Source: Dimargaris cristalligena
Lineage: Eukaryota
Direction of reading: 5' to 3'
Length of the DNA: 64,000 nucleotides
Assembly (NCBI GenBank): GCA_003614675.1
Contig: ML002219.1
Coordinates: 1-64,000 of the forward strand
Part shown: positions 1 to 11,721 of the stretch, in pieces
Layout of the letters: every line of letters starts with the position of its first letter
Numbering within the stretch: position 1 is the first letter of the stretch
Program-made: the position numbers and the translations under genes
The notes under the pieces: generated by a model
Databases searched by the model: none
What the model was told of the DNA's origin: nothing
Seen by the model: the letters and a program-made list of their open reading frames with translations, nothing else

Positions 1-895
1 TTTCTAACGAACCCGATTTTTATTTGCAATCACTTTGCATCCATTTTGCGACACAATTGGTATTCGGATTTTTTGCTGGCATATTTAGAATTTTTAGGTC
101 ATCGTAACTACTTGTACTCTAAGACCCTACACGGTGTTTACCACGAGCTCTAGCGCCTCCGAATCCAGCCAGTCTAAGTTTTCTAGCATTGTCATTCCTT
201 TTAACCGACGGCCCCCCACTGTGGTGTCTAACTAGCCTGAGAAGGAAGTCAAGACTGTTTTGCCGATTCCTAAGCCTGGTAGGTCAAAGGAGCGATTGTC
301 CAGCACTACACAAGTTCAAGTAAGAATCCAGAATACCCTACGGTAAAATTCGTTAGAAATACTAAAGATGAATTAAGAAAATTCCGTGGAAAGGGAGAAA
401 GCATGCAGATGTCGGTAGATACCTCTAGGCGGTTAGACTTATTGAATGCTATAATGGATTGGATGGATTTTAAGCGATTAAAGTCAACGGATATAGTGTA
501 ACTTAGTATACTAACATAGTTAGGCAGAAATAGGCGAAAATATGATCCACAACGAGGCATATTCTCAGCAATATCTTCAACCATTGTTTGCGTGTGGGTT
601 TTTATATACTTGCTTATCATCTTTTAAGGCCTACCGTAAATAAATCCTTTCCAATCCTGATTTTCGGTTAACCAATCTAGATCTTTCTAACCATATTTGT
701 TATAAGTATCACTGCTCGGGTATTTAAAATCAAACAGTGTAAACGATAATACATGGCATATATCCTAAGTTTATTGACGAAGTTGCACTATAGTGTATAG
801 ATAGTATGCTTTAGGTTGTGGGCAACTCATCACTGAATAGATAAAGGAAATATGTATGGCCCGGCATGTTGGGTTGCTATAATCTCGATGAGTTT

Positions 896-1039
896 ATATG
901 GGAGAAGTTCATATAGGCTGTATAATGAAAAATCCATTGGGTGAGGCCAATATTACTGGTTAAAAGCTTTTCTCACATATATTCGCCCATTCACGTATTA
1001 TGTAAAACCTTATACAGCTGGTTTGAATTTCATCCATAT
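896..1039 (+). mobile_element. MITE copy 1 (~136 bp, imperfect ~26-bp TIRs, ATAT target duplication)
   Basis: ATAT|GGGAGAAGTTCATATAGGCTGTATAA...TTATACAGCTGGTTTGAATTTCATCC|ATAT; near-identical reverse-complement copy at 46568-46710. Confidence 0.85.
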
Positions 1040-1104
1040 CTTAACAATGGACAGTCTCATTCTATTACAGAATATCAACTCCTGGCATTTACATATCCTG
1101 ATGG

Positions 1105-3356
1105 CTAAGGGGCGGTCACGGAGACGCCTTGGTTGTGGTCGACGTAGAGAAGAAGGTTAGGCACTGAAGTATACAGATAATCACGATACAGACCATCGAT
1201 CTTCATTGTCACAAAACATTTGTAGTCGACTGTGGGGGATTCCAGCCAAAGTCTATATAATTCAGACTGGCGAGGAATGATCTTCCGCATGTGTCGGCGA
1301 ACGATGGCCCAGCCCATACCGTTGTAATGAAGACCAAGGGCCCGGATGAGGCGATGCAGGTTCATTTGGACAATCGAATGATAGGCCAGGTTGTACACCT
1401 CCTTGAGAGATTCGGCTTCGGCACAGCCGTCAGGTATGGCCTCCATTCGCATGCCTGTAGTTTGGAACAGGGTATCCTGGTGTGCCTTGATACCGCCGAA
1501 GTCTCGCACCATAAAGCCCTTGATATCGCCCGTGGTGGGATCGTACCTCATCAGCGTATTTTGCTGATGGGCCTCAAAGGCAAACCCATGCTCAATAATA
1601 GGGGGCATGATCGCGCGCAGATACAGTTCCACGTATCTCTCTAAGAATGCAAGCCGGCGGTCCAACGAATTGAGTTTCCAAGCACGGTTCACATGGAATT
1701 CGCCGTTAGCATCCCGTTCAGTAAGAGCAGCGCAGACAACCACGCTTTCGCCCCGAGCCCGGGCGAGCTGGGTTGGGCTTTCGCGGATGAGACAACTGAG
1801 ATGCTTGGCTTCGTCCACGTCAGGGTCGCGGACGACAATACTGGAGGTTTCGTGGACGACAATGCAGGCCTCGGGGTCCTTCATAATCCGCTCCAGAATT
1901 GGGCGCAGACCGGGTCCCAAGTACGTGGTCCAGGGTGTGATGGTCCGCAGGGCGGAGGTTACTTTAATACCCAGGGGTAGTTTAAGCTGGATATTCGGGC
2001 TGTGATCGGGTACCACTGTCCGTAGTGAGGCCTGGGCCTCCGCCATATCGTAACCGTCCAGTAGGCGTACGAACGGGAAGCGCGACACAATATTCGGGAG
2101 CTGTCGAGAATGTACGGGAACTATAACTTCATCAGAACTGGCACCTTGCAAACCTATCGCTTGAACCAGGGGGGCTAGTTCATCTTCGAAATTGCCTCGG
2201 ATCTGGAGCTGGGAGCGGGGAACTGCCACAAATACCACTTTAACGTGGCGGAGGCTTTCGCCTACTTGAATGGGGGCCAGAGGAGGCAGGGCAAAGCGGG
2301 CCTTGTGCATGGGGTGAGTGGCGTGGCCTTCCAGGATACTGTTTTCCCAGGCCAACTCCGAGGACTCGAGAGTCGGTGGCGACGGAGGGTGCACATACAT
2401 GTGCTCTTGGTGGGCCATTGAGCTTTCCATTTCACGGATTATAGCAGAAATGATGTCCTTGTCGTAGTTGTTTGCTCGAGCGACTTGGTTGAGGAGCACG
2501 TCTGGATTTAGAATCGTGGAGATCGCCTACATGGGTAATTGTGTAAAGGGCAATTTGAGTGTATAGAATGCATGGGTAGTGAATACAACATGTACAGGGA
2601 TATTAGCCATGATAGTCTAGCCCAGATTTACCGACCATGTACCGTATCATAGTGGCCTATAGGGCTGGCGCAGCTAACTCTGGCCGAATAATAAGTCATA
2701 CGAGCCAAACCGCCAGTCTGGGTAGTCGGGACTTTACGTGTACCGATTTTCGACCTCGTGACGAATCTGAAAGTTTCCTACCAATTTGCTTAATCGGCAA
2801 CTTAGAGAAGTGTTTCTTGATATAGATGAAAACTTACCTCACTCTTTGGGTCGATGGCGAACAGTGGAAACGTGAACTCGTCGGGATCCAGGAAGGTAAT
2901 AGGGGTCATTGTGACGGAGAGATCAGATGTGGCATCTACACAATCCACCGGACCGGGGCCTAGCATGGGTGTATTTAGTGCTTGGAAGAAGAAGACGAGT
3001 TCGGTTGCCGAGGTCTCTTCGGACGAGGAGTCTGAGGCGAGGTTCGGGAGAGTCGTAATCACAATGACAGTGCGAAGGGGCTGGCCCGACCCACTGGACT
3101 GATAATGGAGTAGGTCGGCCTTTACCATTTTCTCATTAGCTAGACACGTCACTAGGCGCGACAGGGTCGCATGGGCGGCTCGGTGGCGGGGGTCGGGAAT
3201 GACAGGTGCGGCGAGCGGCTGGTAATGGGCCAGGTGGGAAGCGATAGCGCCGACGGCAACCATGGTTGAAGAACAAGTAGGAGCAGCGAGAACGTTTAAG
3301 ACGAGAAAGGAAACAGTGAGGAAAATACAGATAACCAAAGGCCAAGCGACCGCCAT
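1105..3356 (-). CDS. rfs: NRPS-independent siderophore (NIS, IucA/IucC) synthetase, rhizoferrin synthetase-like; exons 3356-2838 and 2526-1105 (~646 aa; alternative ATG at 3263)
   Basis: NIS motifs EGHATHPMHKAR, AQASLRTV, LKLPLGIKVTSALRT, FEAHQQN, RDFGG; N-terminal HATLSRLVTCL resembles Mucorales Rfs; phase-0 GTAAGT...TAG intron joins the two ORFs in frame. Confidence 0.88.
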
Positions 3357-3627
3357 GGTCGCGGATTTAAATACGGCTGGGGGCCGAGGATTTGGGCAGG
3401 CGGGGTGTATGCGGGTACTGGTCGTGATACTAGCGAGTGGCTATATATGCGTCGCAGGCTGATCGTTTTTTTTCCACAAATAGAAATCGGTTGGAAAGGC
3501 TATTGGATGGACAAGTGAATGAAACAACGGAAATGGCATATACCCCCTTGCTTGGCGACAGTCAGTAGGGCCAATGGTGCATTTGGGCCAAGCCCCTTTA
3601 TATATGCACACGTCACCTACTCCGAAG

Positions 3628-3636
3628 ATCAGATAA
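3628..3636 (+). promoter_or_regulatory. ATCWGATAA iron-responsive GATA (SreA/Sre1/Urbs1-type) site, proximal
   Basis: GATCAGATAA about 270 bp upstream of the NIS synthetase ATG. Confidence 0.6.
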
Positions 3637-3944
3637 GTCTAGCCATCGGAATGATGGAGGCAAGGGCACCACTGCAGGTGGTCCGGTGGGGAACCAGTCC
3701 TCCAAACCATCGCTAATTGGTGGGTTTTTCAACACTGGCCCGGGCGCTGGGGTTTTCCCCCAGTCTCGGTAACTCAATGGCTGCCCACAAGTCTTCCATA
3801 AATTAAACACAGCCCGTACTGGCGCCTCCCGCTAAAGCAACCTAGCCGGCGACCGTACTGTGGTTACCCAAACCCAACCGTGGTAGTTATTGTGGCCAGC
3901 GGCCTTTCGAAGCGATGTCGGCCGTTGAAGGGCGTTTTGGGGGG

Positions 3945-3953
3945 ATCAGATAA
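3945..3953 (+). promoter_or_regulatory. ATCWGATAA iron-responsive GATA site, distal
   Basis: Second identical GATCAGATAA about 590 bp upstream of the NIS synthetase ATG. Confidence 0.55.
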
Positions 3954-4444
3954 CTACGGCCACCATTGCCTGGTCCCCGTGTAACACAGCGATGGTCATT
4001 TCAAGGCGGCATTAGTCAGGAGTCGTGTGTGCTACTGAACCAGGGTGGGGGGAGTGACGGGGGTGGTGTAAAGAAATCGGTATTTTAGCAGGCCAGTCAA
4101 CACTAGCCACAGCAACATGCCATTGCCGATGGCTGGCCATTGGTTGGGGTAGCCAAATAAATGCCACCCCAGTCTCCCTACTCTTCTCTCCTTAATACTT
4201 CATACCAATATGGATATATTCATAACCGGCCTTACCGCGAACTATACTTTATTAATGAATCGTCCCTGTGGGATCCAAACAGCCCCAATCAGTGGGTGGG
4301 TCGTATTCCGAAGCAAGGCCCATATCCACAAAAGGGGGAAGGCGTCCAGCTGATTCCAAAACAGGCACTCGAATCGAGCATGTGTGCGTAAGAGGGGCGC
4401 TATTTGGCCCGCCGTGAAATACAGTGGGTGGCGATTCACCTATC

Positions 4445-7400
4445 TTAAACCCCACTAATTTGAAGTTCTTCCAAAGATAACCCCAGTTCCGTAAGTGTGT
4501 CTTCCAGCCGAAGCATATGGCGTTCGTAGAAATAGCGGCCCGTCTCTTGGTGGCCCGGCTGCGGTATACGGATATTCGGTACACATGGCAGATCATACAT
4601 ACGGAAGTGGCCGGAAGGGAGGGCGGTTAGTAACTCTTCTCCAGTAGATCACCAGAGTGTCACCAGTGTCACCGATACGCAAAGAAGCCCTGGCCCGCCC
4701 TTTATACTAAATGGGCCGCTGTGGCTTATTTCGCACACTCGATAGCATGTGAGTCCCTACTCGTCTATACTGTTTCCAGCAACTTGTTAAAGCCACTGGT
4801 GCAGGTAACAATAAAAACATGACTTACTTGGCCGGCGTCTAATTTGGGCATGGCCGTGTTGAGGGCAACGATACAGCTCGCAATGGCCTTCTTGGTTAGT
4901 TCCGTATATTTATCCATGTCGACACTACCCAACAGTTTCCCCAAAAGGTCACATGTGTACATCACAGGTGGATATAGTTCATCCTCGACCAATTCCTCAT
5001 CGGCCGGACCTTGGCTTTCCGATTCTAGAAACGGGTGTTATCAATCATTACGAGTTAAGTTTTGTTAGTCGACCCCATATTAACCATGGCGGGCTAATAA
5101 GCATATACCCATATCGGTTATAACAGATAGTCTAGCCGGGGGTTGCGAGAGAGCAATAAACGGCACCGTATCATTTTATAAAAAAAACCCGGGTGTAATA
5201 TCCGTTACCCACCTCGAATGCGACGCAGCTCGTCCTCGGACGGCTGGTAGCGACGTATATGCTGGTTGATAAAGCTCTCGGCACGTAGGCCGGTGCGGTA
5301 CTTAACCTCTTCGAGTATCTTATCCGCCACGCTAAATATCGGCCTTAAGTACACTGGGTGGCCATCGACTGATTCGACACCTAAAGTCAGGTAGATGGGT
5401 GGTCATCCGTGAGTGCACCGAATAGCAGTACCGGTTAGAGTGAGGGTGGTGTAATGGTTAATGGCCGTCGAATTATAATTGTGCCTATAGTGTAGTATAC
5501 CGCGAGTGGTAAGTGTTGGGGGCATCATATTTATGACAATAGGCATGTGCAGAAGTACAACCACAAATACTCACCATTATAATCCACGGGGGTTGAATAG
5601 GCTTGGAGGGAATGGCTAGCATCGCAAAGGTTGATGAAATCGGTTTCCCGAATAATAGTGGGGCGGAATTGGGAATATAAATGGCCGCATAATGACTCCA
5701 AAAAAATGCTACAGACCAGCCAAATAATAAACCGGAGGGGGGGGGGGTATTATTGCAAATAAATATTATTTTAATTCATTGCCTAACACTACTGCCCATT
5801 CAAATCCTGGAATTAAGTGGTGTCTGCAATTGTACCAATATTTATACACGCTGACAAACTTACCCAAACGAATGCGATTCCTTTTCAAAATATTTATGGT
5901 AAAGCTGGTATTCTTGTTGGCAGATATCCATCATAAAGGTAAATGTGTGCCGGATCTGCCCCATAAATACACGCCGGGATCCATTGAAATTATATAATAC
6001 CCAAGTAAAAACATTAGCCCAAGAATCATTGCACCATGCGTAAGAAGTGCGCTCGCTGTTTTTTAACCTCTGACTACTATACAAGATTCGGCCATACCGT
6101 CACCTCCACCCTGTCAGACAGACTAGCTAGTCAAATAGTACTTACCGCATCAGCCAGACTGCCACCTTTCTGGTTGGCTAGGTGGGATAAATCGGCCTGG
6201 CATTTAACGCTGAGAAGTTGGGAGCGCGTTGCTGTGTAGACCGACGCACAGTCACTTAATAGGGCCTGGTAGCTATGATCGTCCCAAAAGCAAAATATAT
6301 TTCAAGTTATTTTGAAATGTAAACCAATATATATCGTGTTAAATTAATTGATTGAAAAAAATGACTACTATGGAATCCCCTTTTCATGCTCCATGTCCGC
6401 TAAACTATTTAAATAACTACACTTACTCGGAGTGTTTCTCACTGGATATCTCCAGTTCGTGTATTAAAGGCTGGAGTTTGGTGGCGGTCTTACGGAAATT
6501 TACGTAGATATAGGCGCTGAAATGCGAAAGGGAGCGAGGTGCCGTGGAGTCCTGGGGCTAAGCAAATGTGGATTGATTCGGGCATAAGATATAATAATAC
6601 AACGAATACTAGTTAGATTGCACAGAGTACTTTATTCAAAAATATGGAAATTACACCTGCAATTATTAGTCTACGGCTGGTCAAATAAACATATGAACAA
6701 CCCATCAGACTCCGACTTACCGTATCAACCATCTTTTTGGCCATGTCGGCACCAAGGGTACGAATGGTACTCACACAGTACATTTTGATCAACGTCATAC
6801 CGCGGGTCAGGCACTGCTGGAATCGCATTAGGTAAAGTTCGGCGTCCTTGTAATGCGGCTGATTAAGTCCAGTTAAATGGTAGAAACCGGTTAAGAACCA
6901 TGGCGAGAAAACAAATATCGGTGAATAAGAGTTAGTACGCAGGCATATCGACCAACTTCTTACCAACGCCACTGAGTCAATAATTTTAGGGAAATGAAGC
7001 GTATGCATAGTCGAAAAGGGCCTCCAAATATACGTTACATTCTGCTCGACGTGCTCGATGCATTCCTCGAGGCGGTGGATGTATGGTATGAAATTATCGT
7101 GTAAGCAGATGGCCTCCCCAGGAGCGTGCATTAATTTGGTTATCGTCTCTAGGTCATTAAAGTAGCCCAACCGTTGGCCTAATTGATCCGCTAGTTTATC
7201 TAAAGCCGCCTGCAGAAATCGTGATACACAAGCACTTACATGGTGGAGGTTTACTACAAAAAATGGGCAACAAAAATAGTAGGCTGGTTTTCTCTCAACC
7301 ATTACTTCAATAATCCGTATGGCGGGAGGGCACTATACGAGTAGAGATCCGAATAACCAGCCGCTTGCATTTGTTGGAAGAAAGGCACCTCCCCAGCCGT

Positions 7401-7914
7401 AAATGAACTTACCTGTTCCTCAATAATTCGCGCACTAAAGGTCTGCAAATTCTGAGTTCGGGCCTCGACGGTTCGATGTTGTAATTTCATATCCTCGATG
7501 GTGTCACCAATTGAATCCACATATTCGAGTATGCTGGTGACATCCCGCTGCCGCTGTCGTAAAAGCTCTACGCATTGGCTATAAGACAGGAAAAATTGGA
7601 GGTTTACCTATGTAGGTACTGCCATTAGTATTTTTATACATATGAGATACCCAACACCATCCCAAGTGGTAGCTCGGGTGTGAATTGGCCACCATGCCGA
7701 CTCTAGGGGTTCTTCATTATCCAGTCGTGTAATAATAAGTTATAGCGGCATGTTACCTGTATTTGGACTCTTGGTCCTCCGCCTGGGCAATTTCAACTTT
7801 GGTCAGCCAGTCCAGGAACTGTTCGGTTGTGTCGATGGGTCGGTCAACCGCAAGCGCCGAGGGTGAAACAGGTGCACGCGCATGGTCGGGGTCGGGCTCA
7901 ATGGAGGCGGCCAT
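4445..7914 (-). CDS. COG3: Conserved oligomeric Golgi complex subunit 3 (Sec34), multi-exon, apparently short at the C terminus
   Basis: Exonic peptides PIDTTEQFLDW, LGYFNDLETITKLMHAPG, PHYKDAELYLMRFQQCLTRGMTLIK, DICQQEYQLY, FLESLCGHLYSQFRPTIIRE, LYPPV; GT-AG introns; last exon ends ...ELQISGV* at 4445. Confidence 0.85.
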
Positions 7915-8358
7915 GGTTATTTATTCACGCTCTCGACTGGCTGGTTGGCAAAAGAAACTATCGGGGTATGCCGTTTGTAATGGTCTAGTAATGAAATACG
8001 AGGACAATGGTAGTAAAGATGCCAAGATGGGTGAAGCAGGCTCAAGACTGTAGACGTTTAAGTGTTGGCTGAATGAGAGATGTCGCAGGCAATTGGAAAC
8101 TTGAGTGCACTGTTACGCGAAATATACCCACAAAGGCTGAGATTCCTATCGTATAACTTCAGCGGCTAATAGCCTGCCCACGTCTTTTCTAGAACTCGGT
8201 AGTAGCGAATTACAAGGGGAAGCCCCGCGACTAACTTTTACTTTGCCAAGCTGATTCCTTTTATACTCATTACTTTGGGCACTAGTGACTATTTACCAAA
8301 AACCCAGCCCCCGCGAATTACTGGCCCGAGACACGCACAACCCTCGATTCCCGAAACT

Positions 8359-9107
8359 ATGATTCGTTTAGTAAACCTCCAAAGCTATGTGCGTATTATA
8401 CCCATGTTCCACCGATTGCAATTGGAGAAGATCGTGGAGTTGGCTGGTTATCCAGACTGGGACGTAGGTGTGTTATTAGCTGGTAACCGCAGAATTAAAG
8501 AACTTAACCACCTATACCGGCACCAAAATAAGCCTACTGATATTCTCTCCTTTCCCTTTCATACGGTACGTCATCCAACTTTCCGGACAGTCTATTTAAC
8601 CACCCATTACATTTGGGTATGGAAATGTGTATTTTATATAAAAAAATACCCCCAATCGCCTTCATTATGTGTGGAATAGTGTTCCCCGACCGTAACATTA
8701 CTTTGAAAACCAATGGGTTAAAGCAATCGACTCTTACATTACCCAATATCGGACTACTCCTAATGCTATGTGTTAATTTGGTTTATTGGTATTTGATACA
8801 ATATTTGGCAACGCAGCCGGCGGTACCAGGCCAACTTCCTTTGCCCGCGAGCGCCGATGATAAACAGCTAGGGGATATTGTAATTTCGACCGCCTACGTC
8901 GCGGAATACTGTAAAACGCACCAACTAGACCTGGCCCGTCATTTCCAAACACTCTACATTCACGGAATTTGTCATTTACTCGGCTATGATCATGAAGTAG
9001 ACTCCGATTTCAAACTTATGTCGGCCCGTGAAAATGAAATACTAAAAGGACTTGAGGCCTGGCAGATTAACCAGTTAATTTTAAAGCCGATGGTATATCA
9101 CAAGTGA
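8359..9107 (+). CDS. ybeY: Endoribonuclease YbeY (UPF0054); exons 8359-8565 and 8817-9107 (~165 aa)
   Basis: LNHLYRHQNKPTDILSFP, LGDIVIS and HGICHLLGYDH zinc motif; in-frame GTACGT...CAG intron. Confidence 0.92.
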
Positions 9108-9304
9108 CATCTCGTTTTTTTTCATATATATAATTCATTTGGTTTATGAACAGCTAAGCCCAGGTTGATTTTTTGGGTGTAAATATAAACCATACTTTCG
9201 ACTTTTGGATTCATGCTGGAATATATTTTTATTCGGGGTGGAATCAGTGACATCGCCAAACCCTGTGCTTATCGAATGAAAAGGAGAGTCGGGAACGGCT
9301 GGCT

Positions 9305-9835
9305 CTATTTCGTCAAAGCGCGCCAGGCCGCTACACTGAAACAGCCTACGCAAAATACCCCCCCAGTAGAGTTAGCAAGCCCAATAATGCAATTTATAGG
9401 GTTTCGTGATTAATTTTGTTCGTAGTGGGAGATGAATGATGGAAGTGGCATATGGTTGGTCAATAGTTTCATCGATAAACTGGTGGGCGGAGCTACTTTT
9501 CATTAGTCATCAAGCTTACGTTGCCGCACCGACCGGTGCCCCATACTGGATTGGTGAACTATATCGCACTGGGTGGGGTGAGCCGGACGACGGGGGGTTG
9601 CATATTACCCTGACTTACCTAAACCCATGGTGAAGAGGCCCAGCCGCCGGTAAACCAGCGAAGGGGCCAATTTAGTGCCTTCATGCACTGCAAAGCAGCC
9701 GAGTCCAAAGAAAGCGGTAACACCCACCAAACGACAGGTGAAGCAATCGCCCGGTCGCGGGACGGGGCGAGCCAAGTCAGTTGATGTATTGGTACTGGTC
9801 GACACGGGACCATTCGAGTCGGACGGTGGGCTCAT
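9305..9835 (-). CDS. Small two-TM DUF4536/DMAC1-like protein; exons 9835-9619 and 9345-9305 (~85 aa)
   Basis: DCFTCRLVG motif followed by a TM helix; second exon GCFSVAAWRALTK*; phase-1 intron consistent. Confidence 0.75.
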
Positions 9836-10205
9836 TGTAATAGGGGGCTTTTGTAAAAGAGAGTGAGGGACTAGCCAGCGAATGGGAATGCGGAAGAAGA
9901 GGGTGGGTGAGGAAAACCACGCAACGTCGAATGGGGGGAGGGGATCGATACAAAGAGGCCCTGGGCGATACGTGGCCAGATTCTGGAATGTAATAAGGCA
10001 CCAAGTTAATATTAAAATAGAAGCTACCTTGCAACTAGGGAACTCTAGTAGATATTGCCCAGCCTAGCAGTTGTGATACTAATCGCCCTTTTAAACAGCC
10101 TACGCTCGTACAGTACTTAACATGTCTTTATTTTATTGGATAGCCTCTTGGGAGGACAGTGCATTCACCCTCGACAATCGCCGATAGCCTTAGCACAGCG
10201 TTCGC

Positions 10206-11721
10206 CTACAGTCGGGCAATTTCGGGCAGCTCCGACTCCTCCATAAACCGAAGCGGAGTAGCCGTCTCTCCGATCCGTTCCTCAACCTCCGACACATGAA
10301 CTCGCAGCGCCAGGGTAGGAGGCCCATCCGGTTTAGGTAAAATCAACAACATCCAGGGGTTGTAGAGAGTCAGGCTGCAAACTATATCAAACGGGACACC
10401 GGTACGGTCCACGGGTTCCGGTTCCTGGAAGCCCAGTCCGCGCAATGCGATAGTCAAGTTATACTGCGCGAGACAGGTCGATGTATTCAGTAAAGCCTCT
10501 GCCGACATTCTAGAACGCAATACCTCAATCAAGCCATACTCGGACCGATACAGTCCGAATTCCAACAGCGCCACCACCCCCACCTGGAGGATTAGAAGGG
10601 CTTCGTCCGAACCACCCGCCAAAGAGTGGAGAAATTCGGCCAATATACCATCCTCGCCCGCGGCGGCCAGCGTGCATACGGTAATATAGATTAATGTCTG
10701 GATGGCGTCTTTGGCGACCGAGGTAATATCAGGAGAGTTCCCCAGAATTCCGGCGAGTTCTTCGAATGACTTTCGAGTCGCCACTGGCACCATACTGGCA
10801 AATGGTTCAAGGCTGTCTTCGTCCAACAAACGGCCCAGCAAGCCAATCCACAGAACAATTAGCGAATCAGTTTCGCCGGTTTGGATCAAACGTAGGAAGG
10901 GAAAGAGTTCCTGCTGGTGACCCTCGGAAAGGGACGGCAGACTCAGGAATCGCCAATCGGCCAAAAGTTCGTTGCGGTGGTTCTGGTAGATGGAGTTGAG
11001 GAGGGGGCTTTCGGGTAGGCTGGAAAGAGGTATAGATGGGGAGGGACTATCGTCAATTTCATACGCCGATGGGGTCGATGGGAGTCGGGCAACTTCTATG
11101 GTTCGGTAGAGACTTTCCGTATAAGCCGAATGGAGCTCCACGGCCGAGAGCTGCAGGAATATCTGGATCCATACGCCATCGGATTCCGGCTGGGCCAATT
11201 GCCGGTTCATCAAGGATTCGATTTTCCATTTGGGCTAGTGGGTTAGGCACCCGTCAGAATAGAATGCCACCAAATGGAGGTAGAACATTAGATGGTTGGC
11301 CATTTATCCGTACGATTATATCCATATTATAATTTTTGGAAAACAACCAACAGTTATTCGAACCCGGATTATCCAAAGCTACCTTCCCCCTTCCCAATCA
11401 CCGAAACGAGGAGGTAAGTTTCATTGTTTTTTTAAAGTAACTAATTTTTAAACTTACATCATTTGGTCGCCCTTCCAAAACGTATTCGGAAACCCCGTTC
11501 AAACCTCGCGATACGCCCGATAGACGCCGTACTTCATCATACGGGAGGTGTGAAAATACCATGGCGTGAAGTTCTAGAGGCAGCTTCATATACTTAGAGT
11601 TAGAACGCCGGGTAAGCCCGCGCTTACGTAGGGAATATGTTGGGCGAGCGAGCGCCATATCTCTAATGAGGCTCGCCCATATCAGAAATAAAGGCAGGTA
11701 CGAAATCATTCGACCAAGCAT
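10206..11721 (-). CDS. Secreted F-box-like protein; exons 11721-11458 and 11234-10206 (~430 aa)
   Basis: Hydrophobic N terminus (SYLPLFLIWASLI...ALA|RP), KR/RR dibasic sites, F-box-like LPLELHAMVFSHLPYDEVRRLSGVSR; phase-0 intron with GTAAGT donor, CTAAC branch and CTAG acceptor. Confidence 0.75.

Noticed and set aside
1-760. AT-rich stretch with a 104-aa ORF and a plus-strand LPIPKPG peptide reminiscent of LINE reverse transcriptase
   Set aside because: No following RPI(S/A)L or other RT motifs; cannot be assigned
1105-9835. Siderophore biosynthetic gene cluster or recent bacterial transfer (NIS + YbeY)
   Set aside because: No transporter or decarboxylase nearby; both genes have introns and known eukaryotic orthologues
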